Source: Candidatus Eiseniibacteriota bacterium (GTDB taxonomy: Bacteria > Eisenbacteria > RBG-16-71-46). From it: a stretch of DNA of 64,000 bases. The translations under genes were made by a program, and so were the position numbers. The stretch is taken from the NCBI GenBank assembly GCA_044223005.1, contig JBGAML010000005.1, forward strand, positions 1 through 64,000, read 5' to 3'. How positions within the stretch are numbered: position 1 is the first letter of the stretch; the number at the start of each line of letters is the position of its first letter. Below, piece after piece: positions 9,137 through 18,613 of the stretch. The notes under the pieces are model-generated. The model saw only the letters and a list, made by a program, of their open reading frames with translations, made no database searches and was not told the DNA's origin.

Positions 9137-10113
9137 CGTTCGCCTCCCGCGTCGGCCGCGGCCGGGGCGCCGGCGTCCGCGAAGGCACGTGCGAGACCGT
9201 CCGGATCGTCGTTCGAACGCTCGCGGAAGCGCCGGAACCAGGCCGCGCCCTCCGCGTCGTGGAAAAGATAGAACTTCTCGAGGATCGCGAGGTTGTAGTA
9301 GGGGCCCGGCCGCTGCGGATCACGGTCGATGGCCTCGAGGAAGGCCTTGCGGGCGCCTTCGAGATCGCCCGCGCGCAGCCGCGTGACGCCCCAGTTGTTC
9401 CAGTTGGCGGCACGCGAGCGGTCCGCGTGCAGCGCGGCCTCGGCGACCGCGTCGGCGGAATCGGGGTGCTCGCCGCGCAGGCGCACGCAGGCGAGCGCGG
9501 AGCCCACGCGGTCGAGGTCGGCGCCCGACACGCCGGACAGCGCCGCCGCGGCCCGGTCGGTGCGGCCGAGCGCGTCCCAGTGCAGCGCGACGCCCGCGAG
9601 CAGCACGTCGCGCTCGTCGCGCGACAGTCCGGACTCGGGCGCCAGCAGTGGTTCGAGCCGCTGGATCGCCTCCTGGTGCCGGCCGCGGACGAAGTCGATG
9701 CGCGAGAGGTCGGCCTGTGCTCGCGGGTCGCGGGGCTCCTCGGCGACGAGCTGCACCAGCGACGATTCGGCGTCGGCCAACTGCCCGGCACCGATCTGGT
9801 GCTCGGCGGCCTTGAGTGCTTCGCGACGCAGCTTCGCCGGGTCCGGCGTCTCGACGGCCTCCGCCGCCGCCGGCGTCGCGGTCTTCGGTGCCGCAGTGCG
9901 GACCTTCGCATGCTTGCGCTTGCCGGTGTTCGCGGCCACGGCCTTGCCCGGCTTCGGCGCGTGCGAGCGGCCCGCACGTTCCGCGACGGGCGTCGCCGGC
10001 GACGCCGGTGCATGGGCGAGGTGCGCCCAGCGCATCACGGCGCAGCCCTGGCTCGCGAGCGCGAGCGTCGCGAGGGCCGCCACCATCATCCGGCGCGCGA
10101 TACGGGTGCTCAT
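9133..10113 (-). CDS. TPR lipoprotein (GltE/AglT-like)
   Basis: MSTRIARR..LASQGC lipobox, TPRs (NWNNWGV..AFLEAI..PYYNLAILEKFY); ATGA overlaps at both ends. Confidence 0.8.
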   Translation of the reverse strand: MSTRIARRMMVAALATLALASQGCAVMRWAHLAHAPASPATPVAERAGRSHAPKPGKAVAANTGKRKHAKVRTAAPKTATPAAAEAVETPDPAKLRREALKAAEHQIGAGQLADAESSLVQLVAEEPRDPRAQADLSRIDFVRGRHQEAIQRLEPLLAPESGLSRDERDVLLAGVALHWDALGRTDRAAAALSGVSGADLDRVGSALACVRLRGEHPDSADAVAEAALHADRSRAANWNNWGVTRLRAGDLEGARKAFLEAIDRDPQRPGPYYNLAILEKFYLFHDAEGAAWFRRFRERSNDDPDGLARAFADAGAPAAADAGGER

Positions 10114-13100
10114 CGGTTCTCGTCCTCCGTGTTGACGGCGCTCGTCCGCGCCTGGCCCGCCGCGCTGGGCGAGCCCGGGGCGATGCGTCCCATGACCGGG
10201 AAGTCGGCCTCGGGGTAGAAGAGGAAGCGGTTCGCGAGTCCGTGCCACAGGCCGCCTCGGGCGCGGTCGAGCCACGCGTCGGCCGGCGTGTCCGCGGGCA
10301 GGCGGCGCAGGAGGTCCTCCCAGACGCCTTCGCCACGGTCGTGGAACGGCCGGCTCTGTTCGATGAGCGCGTCGGCATACGCGCGCAGGTCGTCGCCCTT
10401 CAGGTCCGCGGGACGTTCGCTCTGCTGGAGCGCTTCGCCGAACGCGACCAGCGCTTCGCCGACGCGATACGCGGACGCGTGCGCCCATTCGGGCACGCCG
10501 ACGTCCGTGCAGCGGCGGTAGCGCACGAGCAGCGAATCGAGCAGGCGCTGGCGGACGGCGATCGACTTGCGCAGCGGCTGCGTCAGCTTCGCGTTCGCGT
10601 ACGCGGGCTGGAGCTCCTCGGCCTGCAGGAACCGCACGTGCGCGAGCAGCGGCCGCGAAACGGCCGCGCGGTGTGCGCCGGCGAGGCGCAGGTACTCGGC
10701 GAGGCGCGAGCGCGGCTCGGGACGCGGGCGCCCCTTCACCGGCGCCGGGTCGAGCAGCGACGACACCGGATGCGCGGCGTCGCAGCGCGCGAGCTCGCGC
10801 TCGGCCATCGCGGCGAGCAGTTCCATCGCGGTCTCGGGGTCCTCGGGGTGACGGCGGACCCACGCGACCCGCATCGAGTCGGCGCGCGCGGAATCCGCCG
10901 AGGCCGCGAACAGGTCGGCGCCCTTGAGCCATGCCGCGGAAGCGCTCTCGTCGTCGGGATGCTTCTGGGCGAACTCCGCGTACGCGAACGCGGCGCCGCG
11001 CGCGTCGCCGTCCTTCTCGAGCGAGCGGGCGAGCAGCAGGCGCGCTTCGCGCGCCACGCGCGCGTCGGGGTGCGACTGCACGAGGTCGCGCGCGACGCGC
11101 GCGGCCTGCGCGGGCTGGCCGGCGGCATCGCGGGCGAGCGCGGCACGATAGAGCGCGACCGGCGCCAGCGCGTCGGCCGGCCAGCGCCGCGCCACGGCCT
11201 CGAAGCCCTCCGCGTGCTTCGCGTGGGCGCTCGAATCCGCGGCGACGTCGGCCTCGACGGCACGGTAGGCGCAGACGGGCATCGCCTGCTCGGCGCGCTT
11301 CGCGAGCGAGTCCGCACCGGCGTGGCGGGCCAGTTCGAGCGCGGTCGCGAACGCGGCGCCGGCGTCGGCGTAGCGCCCGCCGCGCATGAGCACTTCGGCG
11401 CGCTCGCTCGCGGCGAGCGGCGCGCGCGCGTCGGTCGGGTGGTCGTGCGCGATCGTCTCGAGGTCCGCGAGCGCCCGATCGGTCCAGCCGTGGGCGAGGG
11501 CGAGCTGGCTCTGGCGCCAGATCACGTCGGCTTCACGCGCGTGCGCGGGGAAGTCGTGGCGCAGCCGGTCGCCGGAGTCGATCACGCCGCGGGCGAGCGT
11601 GGAGTCGCCGATCCCGGTCGCGCCGTGCGCCGTGGTGGGACGGCTGCTCTCGTACCAGGCGTCGCTGACGGCGACGCGCTCCCACGCGGCGAGCGGCGCG
11701 AGCGGGGCGTTCGTGCGGCTCGCGACGTCGTCGCTGCGGCGCAGCGCCTCGCGCCAGTCGTGCACGGACGCGGCGGCCTCGGCCGCGCGCAGCCGGATCG
11801 TGTCTGCTTCCGCGTCGCCGGGCCAGTGCGCGAGGAGCGTGTCGTCGAGTGCGATCGCCGCGCGCGCGTCGGCCGGGTCGCCGTGCTCGCGCGCCGCGAC
11901 GTGACGGCGGCCGGCCTCGTAGCGCCACGCGTCGTGCGCGAAACGTTCACCGGCGTCGCGCAGCGAATCGGACGCCTGCGAGCGCGCCCACGCCGAGCCC
12001 GGCGCGAAACGCGGCGCCATCGCGAGCCGGGCCGCCGATTCCTCGGCGCCGCGGTTGCCGTGGCGGTAGGTCTCGACCATGCGCGTCGCGGCGGTCAGCG
12101 CTTCGGCACGGTCGGGGAAGCGCTCGAGGAAGAGCTGGTCCACCGCCGTCGCGCGCGGGATCTCGCCGTACTGGCGGAAGTGCTCGCCCAGCGCCAGCAG
12201 CGTCTTCGCCTCGTACGGCTTCGCGCCGACGCGGGCGAAGTGCGCCTGGTAGGCGGAGGCGCCGCCGGCGCCGGCCATGGAATACACGAGGTACGCGGAG
12301 GCCTCGCCCTCGATGTCGACCTGGATCGCCGGGCGCGAGGAGCTGCCGTAGAGATCGAGCACGTCGCCGAAGGCGGCGGCCGCGTCGTCGAAGCGGTCCT
12401 CGTTGTAGTGCGCCCAGCCGGTCTTGTAGAGCGCGATCACCTTGAGCGTCGGGTCCGCGCCGGCCGCCGCGTGCGCGTAGCGTTCGATCGCGTCGCGGAA
12501 CCGGCGGTCGTCGAAGCGCATGTCGCCCATGCGCAGCCACGCTTCCTGCGCGTAGGCCGACTGCGGGTGGCGGCACACGAGCTCGTCGAACATGTCGTAG
12601 GCGTCCGGCTCGCCCGCGTCGGCGAGGATCATGCCGGCGTCGAAACGCACCGCGTCGAGATGCGGGAAGTCCGCGTCCTCGGCGAGCATCTGGCGGTAGA
12701 GCGCCAGCGACCCGCTGGCGTCCATGACCGGGACCGTGCGCGGCCCGTGCTCGTCCGCGCCCGGCTGCGTGAACGCCGCCATCTTCGCGCGGAAGTCCTG
12801 GCGCGCGTCGACGAGCAGTAGGTCGGCGAGCCGGAAGCGCATCTCGCCGCGCGCGAACGACCGCGGCCAGCGCTGCAGGAACTCCCGCAGCGAGCCCTCG
12901 GCGCGGCCGCGCCACGCGACGCTCGTGCTGTCGGAGAGCGCATCGCCCTCGTCCGTCTTCGGCGCGCCACCCGCGAGCACCGTCGGGGCCGCGGAGGCGG
13001 AATCCGTCGGCGCGAGCTGCACCGCACGCGCGTAGGCCGAGGCGGCGAGGCCGTAGTCGACCACTTCGCGGCTCGAATCGAGCGCGGCGACCGCGCGTTC

Positions 13101-14975
13101 CACCGCCGTGCGCGCCACGCGTGTCCGCGTCGCCCACGCCACACCGCGGAGCGAATCCGCCTCGCGGACCTGCCCGGAGGCGAGAGCCTCGAGCCGGCGC
13201 AGCGTTTCGCTGCTCCACGCACCCGCGAGCGAGGAGTCGAGCGACGCCCCGAGCGCGCGCGACCAGGCGAGCGCGCTTCGGGCGAGCGAATCCTGCCGGC
13301 CGATGCCCGTGACCACGTGGGGGCGCCACGCGCGGGCGTACGATTCCGCGATGCGCGCGGGCACGTCGGCGCCGAGCGTGGCCGCGGCGGTGTCGGTCGA
13401 GTCCATCAGCGCGACTTCGGCGGCGAGCACGGAGTCGGGCCCGGCGTAGCCCTCGGGCGCCCACGTCGCCAACACGTGATCGGGACCGTCGAGGTAGAGC
13501 TGCTTCAGGCCGCGCGGCCACGGGCGGAGCGCGGCGATCTCCGCGCGGACGCGCGCGACGCGCGATTCGACGCGCGCCACCGCGGCATCACGCACCGCCT
13601 GCAATTGGGCTTCCAGCGCGCGGACCCGCGCGCGCAGCGAATCGAGCCGCGCCGTGGCGCTCCGGCTGGCGACTTCCGCGGCGTGCGCCCCGTCGAGCCC
13701 GAGCCCGAGGTAGCGGCGCTGGTCGGCGAGCCGCGCGGTTTCGGCGTCGCGGGAGGCCTCGGTCCGTTCGAGTTCCTCGGCCGCCTGCTCGCTGGCACGC
13801 AGCGCGCGCTCGACCTCGGCCCACTCGGCGGGCGGAGGCGCGGGCACGCCCGCCGGCGGCGCCCGGCGCGTCGCGAGCGCGGGCTCGGCCGCACCGTCCG
13901 GCGTCGCATCGCCGCGAAGGTCCGCCGCCCGCGAAGCGAAGGACGCACCGCGATCGCGCACGTCGGTGGCGTCCAGGGCGAGCGCGGAGACGTCGCCCGC
14001 CCACGCGTTCCAGAGCGTGGCGTAGTCGTCGTGTTCGAGCCGCGACTCGAGGCTGTCGCGGAGCGCACGCCATTCCGCGTCGGCGCGCTCGTAGCGGTCG
14101 CGCGCGTCCTCCCATCGGGCCGCGTCGAGATCCGCGCCCGCGAGCGCGAGCAGTGCGTCGCGCCGCAGGTCCGGATCGGCGTCCCCGACGAGCGCGGCGA
14201 GCCGCGACCGCGCGGCCGCCGAATCGCCCCGGGCGAGCGCTGCCTGGGCCCACGCGAGCTGCGCGCGGCCGGCGACCCGGCTCCCGGCCGGAACGCGCTC
14301 GAGCCACGGCCTCGGATCGTCGCCGTTCGTCTCGGCGCGGGCGGCGAGCGTGCGCGCGGCGAGGCCGGCCAGCTCGCGACCCGCGCGCGTGGTCGTGTCG
14401 GCGCCGGCGAGCGCCGCCAGCGCTTCGTCGTCGCGTTCGCCGGCGCCCGCGAGCGCGAGCGCCCGGAACCAGAGCGCGAGCGGCGTCGAGGACTGCTCGC
14501 CCGGGAGCGCGTCGAGGATCGCACGCGCACCGGCGGGATCGCCCGCGCGCAGGCGAGCACCCGCGTCGAGGACGCCGTGCCCGGCCGGTGTGGAACCCAC
14601 AGCGGCACCGGCGAGCGAGCGTTCGCCCGCGATCCACGCGTCGAAGGCGTTCGCGCCGTCGCCGGTGGCACGTGCGGTGGCGAGCCGTTCGAACCGTGCG
14701 AGGTCGCCCTGCGCGAGGTAGGCCTCGGCGAGCAGGAACGCCGCGCGGTCTGACCCCGTGAAGCTCGCGCCGTGGTCGAGGCCCAGCGGTTCGAGCGCCT
14801 CGATCACGCCGCGAGGCGAACCGGTGCGCTGGGCCATGGCGGCACGCGCGAGCGCCAGCGCGGGCACGTCCTCGCGGCCCGGGGCGGGAACCGCCGGGGC
14901 GGCGGACGCGACGCCGGCCGCCAGGAACAGCGCGCCGAGCAGTGCGAGCAGGCCGATGCGGTGCCGGGAGGTCAC
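10110..14975 (-). CDS. Very large (~1620 aa) secreted TPR/coiled-coil protein (GltD-like)
   Basis: GTG start overlapping upstream stop, signal peptide, many TPRs (AWLRMGDMRFD, ALYKTGWAHYN), C-terminal WAHASAYRVGE..SERPADLKGDDLRAYADALIEQSRPF. Confidence 0.8.
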   Translation of the reverse strand: MTSRHRIGLLALLGALFLAAGVASAAPAVPAPGREDVPALALARAAMAQRTGSPRGVIEALEPLGLDHGASFTGSDRAAFLLAEAYLAQGDLARFERLATARATGDGANAFDAWIAGERSLAGAAVGSTPAGHGVLDAGARLRAGDPAGARAILDALPGEQSSTPLALWFRALALAGAGERDDEALAALAGADTTTRAGRELAGLAARTLAARAETNGDDPRPWLERVPAGSRVAGRAQLAWAQAALARGDSAAARSRLAALVGDADPDLRRDALLALAGADLDAARWEDARDRYERADAEWRALRDSLESRLEHDDYATLWNAWAGDVSALALDATDVRDRGASFASRAADLRGDATPDGAAEPALATRRAPPAGVPAPPPAEWAEVERALRASEQAAEELERTEASRDAETARLADQRRYLGLGLDGAHAAEVASRSATARLDSLRARVRALEAQLQAVRDAAVARVESRVARVRAEIAALRPWPRGLKQLYLDGPDHVLATWAPEGYAGPDSVLAAEVALMDSTDTAAATLGADVPARIAESYARAWRPHVVTGIGRQDSLARSALAWSRALGASLDSSLAGAWSSETLRRLEALASGQVREADSLRGVAWATRTRVARTAVERAVAALDSSREVVDYGLAASAYARAVQLAPTDSASAAPTVLAGGAPKTDEGDALSDSTSVAWRGRAEGSLREFLQRWPRSFARGEMRFRLADLLLVDARQDFRAKMAAFTQPGADEHGPRTVPVMDASGSLALYRQMLAEDADFPHLDAVRFDAGMILADAGEPDAYDMFDELVCRHPQSAYAQEAWLRMGDMRFDDRRFRDAIERYAHAAAGADPTLKVIALYKTGWAHYNEDRFDDAAAAFGDVLDLYGSSSRPAIQVDIEGEASAYLVYSMAGAGGASAYQAHFARVGAKPYEAKTLLALGEHFRQYGEIPRATAVDQLFLERFPDRAEALTAATRMVETYRHGNRGAEESAARLAMAPRFAPGSAWARSQASDSLRDAGERFAHDAWRYEAGRRHVAAREHGDPADARAAIALDDTLLAHWPGDAEADTIRLRAAEAAASVHDWREALRRSDDVASRTNAPLAPLAAWERVAVSDAWYESSRPTTAHGATGIGDSTLARGVIDSGDRLRHDFPAHAREADVIWRQSQLALAHGWTDRALADLETIAHDHPTDARAPLAASERAEVLMRGGRYADAGAAFATALELARHAGADSLAKRAEQAMPVCAYRAVEADVAADSSAHAKHAEGFEAVARRWPADALAPVALYRAALARDAAGQPAQAARVARDLVQSHPDARVAREARLLLARSLEKDGDARGAAFAYAEFAQKHPDDESASAAWLKGADLFAASADSARADSMRVAWVRRHPEDPETAMELLAAMAERELARCDAAHPVSSLLDPAPVKGRPRPEPRSRLAEYLRLAGAHRAAVSRPLLAHVRFLQAEELQPAYANAKLTQPLRKSIAVRQRLLDSLLVRYRRCTDVGVPEWAHASAYRVGEALVAFGEALQQSERPADLKGDDLRAYADALIEQSRPFHDRGEGVWEDLLRRLPADTPADAWLDRARGGLWHGLANRFLFYPEADFPVMGRIAPGSPSAAGQARTSAVNTEDENR

Positions 14976-15805
14976 GGGGTCGCGCCGTCTCCGTTGGCCG
15001 CGTGCGGGCCGTCGTCGTGCAGCCACGTGGTGGCCTGCAGGCCCGCGGCCGGATCGGCGGGCGCGGCGGCCGAGAGATCGAGCTGCAGGAACGTGAGCCG
15101 GTCGCGCGTCGGATCGAGCGTCAGCCAGCCCGCGCTCCCGGGATTCCAGGAGCCGCCGGCCAGCGCGACACCGAGCACCTGCTCGCGCGGTTCGACGAGC
15201 CCGAGCCAGCACTGCAGGGCGCCGCCCTCGCGCAGCGACTGACGCTGCGCCTCGCTCAGGGACACGGCGCGCCGCGTGCCGTCCTCGAACGCCAGCACCA
15301 GCGATTCGGCGTCGGCCGCCGCCGGGCAGCCGCGCACGACCACGGCCAGCGCGGTGCGCTGGCGGCCCGCGAAGTCGGCCTGCAGCCGCGCGAGCCTCTC
15401 GCGCTGGTCGGCGAGCGAGCGCTCCATGCGATCGAGCTCCTCCTCGACGTGGCCGAGTTCCGTCACGCTCGCGAACAGCTCGTGGCCCCGCCGCGCCGTC
15501 TCCGCCTGCGTGAGCGAATCGCGGGACGCTTCGACGGCGGCGAGCATGTCGCGGTAGGCGAGGAAGCGCGATTCGATCGCGACCGCACCGTCGGCGTGGC
15601 CGTCCGGCTGGGCGTGCAGCAGGTCGTAGCGCGAGCGGATGAAGCCCACGTTGTCGCGCAGGAAGCGCATGGTCGGGAGCTTCGCCACCTTCGGGTGGAC
15701 GCGCTCGACCTTCACGGGTACGGGATCGAACGGCCCCGCGGCGGCCGGAAGGGCCAGGGCGGAACCGAGCAGCACGGGCAGCAGGAATCGCACGGGAGCG
15801 CGCAT
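14972..15805 (-). CDS. Secreted coiled-coil plus beta-domain hypothetical protein
   Basis: MRAPVRFLLPVLLGSALA signal, coiled coil, LSEAQRQSLREGGALQ segment. Confidence 0.7.
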   Translation of the reverse strand: MRAPVRFLLPVLLGSALALPAAAGPFDPVPVKVERVHPKVAKLPTMRFLRDNVGFIRSRYDLLHAQPDGHADGAVAIESRFLAYRDMLAAVEASRDSLTQAETARRGHELFASVTELGHVEEELDRMERSLADQRERLARLQADFAGRQRTALAVVVRGCPAAADAESLVLAFEDGTRRAVSLSEAQRQSLREGGALQCWLGLVEPREQVLGVALAGGSWNPGSAGWLTLDPTRDRLTFLQLDLSAAAPADPAAGLQATTWLHDDGPHAANGDGATP

Positions 15806-15810
15806 GGCCG

Positions 15811-16392
15811 TCAGCCTCGCCAGGTCCGGCGGACGTGGCCGCCGGCCGCATCGACGAGCACGAACAGCGACGCCGCGTGCGGCGCCGTGTACACGATCGT
15901 CCAGGTCGTTTCGTCCGGGTCGCCTTCGCTGAAGACGGCGCGGGTGAGGAGCATCGTGCTCACGCGCCCGCCGTAGGCCTTGCGGTACGCCTTGCCCGGG
16001 CCTTCGTCGGCCGCCTGCAGGGCGCGCGCGCTGTCGATCCACGACGAGTCCACCGCCGGCGACTCGAACTTCAGCTCGAGGTTCTCGGCCACGACGATCC
16101 GGCCGTCGCGCACGGAGTACGCTCGGTTGCGGCGGAGCGAAGCGGAGTGGAAGAGGTAGCCCCAGCGCACCGCGCTGCCGCCGTCGTCGACGTTCTCGTC
16201 GTTTTCGACGACGACCAGTTCGGCGTCACCCGCCCACGCCGCGGCGGCGGCGCGGGCGAGCGCTTCGCCTTCGCGCGCGGCGAAGGGCGCGTGCGAACCG
16301 CCACGGGCGGGCGACGCGAGCAGGGCGAGAAGCCCCCCGATGCCCAGCAGGCACGGGAGGATCCGGCGCGTGTTCGTGGAGACGAGAGGCAT
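15811..16392 (-). CDS. Secreted PepSY-like protein
   Basis: Signal peptide, WIDSARALQAA..WTIVY..VLVDAAGGHV pattern. Confidence 0.6.
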   Translation of the reverse strand: MPLVSTNTRRILPCLLGIGGLLALLASPARGGSHAPFAAREGEALARAAAAAWAGDAELVVVENDENVDDGGSAVRWGYLFHSASLRRNRAYSVRDGRIVVAENLELKFESPAVDSSWIDSARALQAADEGPGKAYRKAYGGRVSTMLLTRAVFSEGDPDETTWTIVYTAPHAASLFVLVDAAGGHVRRTWRG

Positions 16393-16401
16393 CGCGCGCT
16401 C

Positions 16402-17361
16402 CTAGTAGAGGTATTCGGTACCGATGGAGAACTGGAAGTTGTCGTTCTGGAGCCGGCCACTGTCGAAGCCGGAGTGGAACCGGTAGTCGCGCACCTCCCA
16501 GCGCACCGCGGTCCGGCGCGAGAGGAAGAGCGTCGTACCGGCGCCGAAGTTCAGGCTCGGCTCGCTGCGGCCGAGCATCAGCGACGACCCCACGCCGCCG
16601 CTCACGAAGGGCACCATCTGGCGCCCGGGGAGCAGCTCGTAGGTGAGGTTCATCTGGTAGAAGAGCATCGGGAAGTCCTCGGCCTCGAGCGACAGGCCGA
16701 AGAGCGACTCGACGATCTCCGCCGGCCGGTGCACGTGGGTCCAGGACACGCCGACACCGGCGCGCACGCGGTCGAAGACGTAGTAGTCGATGCCGCCCCC
16801 GAGAACGACGGAGTTCGACTTGCGATCGAACGAGTAGCCGCCGCCCTGCGCGCCGAGCACGAACGTGCCCGTGCGCTTGAACATCTTCGGGTTGGGCTTG
16901 TAGACGAGCGATCCGAGGTCGTCCATCTCCTTGCAGAGCGACGCGTGCACCCACGCGGTCTGCGCGTCGGAGAGGCGGACGCCGTACCACTCGCCGGTCT
17001 TCGTGATGACGGTGAGCTCGCGCCCGGGCGGCAGCACGCCGGCGATCGCGTATTCGGGACCGGGTCCGGTGCGCAGGACGTTCTCGGGCTTGCCGACCAG
17101 CTTCACGCTGCGCGAGCGGATCTCGAGCCGCGCGTTCGGCTGCGGTTTCGGTTCCGCCGTCGCGGCGACCGCGGGCGCCGCGGTCGAATCCGCCGCGGCC
17201 ACCGCCTGGGTCGTGTCGGCGAACGCCACGGCGGCGGAGTCCACGGGCGACTGCGCGCGCGCGGGCGCGGCCGCAAAGCCGAGCACGCACGCGGCGGCCA
17301 GCACGCGGGAACGAACCGGGTCCCAGGACCCGGAGGACGACGAGCGACCGGTCAGCGCCAT
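16402..17361 (-). CDS. SH3b-domain plus outer-membrane beta-barrel protein (GltA/B/H-like)
   Basis: NVLRTGPGPEY..GEWYGVRL..AWVH (SH3b), then 8-strand OmpA-like barrel (PFVSGGVG, LNFGAG) ending in YLY. Confidence 0.8.
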   Translation of the reverse strand: MALTGRSSSSGSWDPVRSRVLAAACVLGFAAAPARAQSPVDSAAVAFADTTQAVAAADSTAAPAVAATAEPKPQPNARLEIRSRSVKLVGKPENVLRTGPGPEYAIAGVLPPGRELTVITKTGEWYGVRLSDAQTAWVHASLCKEMDDLGSLVYKPNPKMFKRTGTFVLGAQGGGYSFDRKSNSVVLGGGIDYYVFDRVRAGVGVSWTHVHRPAEIVESLFGLSLEAEDFPMLFYQMNLTYELLPGRQMVPFVSGGVGSSLMLGRSEPSLNFGAGTTLFLSRRTAVRWEVRDYRFHSGFDSGRLQNDNFQFSIGTEYLY

Positions 17362-18005
17362 GCGAGCCTCCGTGCGAGCTGGAGCCGGACGCTCCAGTCG
17401 TGGAACGATTCGCGGCGGTATTCCGTCGCGGAGCCGTTCCGGTGAGCGGTGTCGAGCGGGTACTGCCGCCGGGTGACGTCCATCCCGGCACTCCAACGGG
17501 AACCGAAGCCGCGCTCGAGGCCGGCACCGGCTTCGAGCACCGTGGTGGTGACGGGGGCGAGGTCGACGGTGACGGGCGTGCCACCGGTGGCGATCTCGAG
17601 GTGGTCGGGCCGCCACGTCATGCGCATGCGCCCGGCGGCGCCCACGGCGTGCACGTCGACGCCACGCAGCGTCGTGACGCGGACGCGCGCGACCGCCGAG
17701 ACGCTCGTCATGCCGACCGGCAACTCGCGCGCACCGTCGAGCAGGTCGAGGCGCTGCGTGTCGGATTCGCGCCACACGCGCACACCGAAGGTGGCCGGAC
17801 CGAAGCCGGCGTCGGCCTCGCCGCCCCAGGCGAGCGTCGGGCGCACGGCCCACTGGTAGTCGGCGAGCCGAGCGTCCGGCACCCGCGGGCCGCCCAGGAC
17901 GCCGAGCGAGAGCCACGGCGACGGGGCCCCCGCGAACGACGGCGCGACCGCGGTCACGAGGACCGCGATCGCCGTACCGGCCAGCGTCGGGAAGCCGCGG
18001 CTCAT
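17352..18005 (-). CDS. Putative outer-membrane beta-barrel protein
   Basis: Signal peptide MSRGFPTLAG.., amphipathic strands, ends WSVRLQLARRLAWR. Confidence 0.65.
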   Translation of the reverse strand: MSRGFPTLAGTAIAVLVTAVAPSFAGAPSPWLSLGVLGGPRVPDARLADYQWAVRPTLAWGGEADAGFGPATFGVRVWRESDTQRLDLLDGARELPVGMTSVSAVARVRVTTLRGVDVHAVGAAGRMRMTWRPDHLEIATGGTPVTVDLAPVTTTVLEAGAGLERGFGSRWSAGMDVTRRQYPLDTAHRNGSATEYRRESFHDWSVRLQLARRLAWR

Positions 18006-18598
18006 GGCGCGAGCCTCAGCGGCATGCCGACGGGGAGGATCTCCATCGGCGAAGACGGGAACGGCGTGACGACCAGCGAATCGGTGCCGTCGTCGCGGCG
18101 CAGCTTGTCGCCCGAGCCCAGGTAGACCAGCAGGTAGAGACCGCCGCCGCCCGCACCGGTCGAGTCGAGCGTCGCCGGCACCGCGCCGTCGAACTGCAGG
18201 TCGAACTGCTGGATCAGGTGGTTCCAGCCGGTCACCGCGCGCGTCGCACGGCCCCGCGTCACGGAGTTGGCGAGGATGGTGTCGATGTTGGTCGCCATGT
18301 TCATCCGCGGCGCGTGCGGATCGAGCTGCACCGAGCCCGGCACGACGGTCGGGCTCTGGCGCAACTCCGCGACGAGAAAGCCCGTCACGATGGCGCGGTA
18401 GGTCACGACGGCGTGCAGCGAGATCGGCTGCATCGCGCCGGCCACGAGCGCCTGGTTCGGGACGAGATTCGTGTTCGTGAGGTCCACGCGGGTCCAGCGG
18501 TCCTCGAGCTCGGGCGCGTCGAAGCACCCCGCCGCCGAGACGGCGAGCAGGAGCGCCACCGGCAGCAGCCGGAGCCCGGATCGGAACGCGCGCGCCAT
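18002..18598 (-). CDS. Hypothetical lipoprotein
   Basis: Lipobox VSAAGC; ATGA overlap with next gene. Confidence 0.75.
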   Translation of the reverse strand: MARAFRSGLRLLPVALLLAVSAAGCFDAPELEDRWTRVDLTNTNLVPNQALVAGAMQPISLHAVVTYRAIVTGFLVAELRQSPTVVPGSVQLDPHAPRMNMATNIDTILANSVTRGRATRAVTGWNHLIQQFDLQFDGAVPATLDSTGAGGGGLYLLVYLGSGDKLRRDDGTDSLVVTPFPSSPMEILPVGMPLRLAP

Positions 18599-18613
18599 GG
18601 TCGGGCCGGCGTC

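Noticed and set aside
5844..17361. Calling the cluster a bona fide gliding-motility locus with glt/agl gene symbols
   Set aside because: Resemblance is by motif and gene order only, and cytoplasmic coupling domains are absent. Orthology needs phylogeny.
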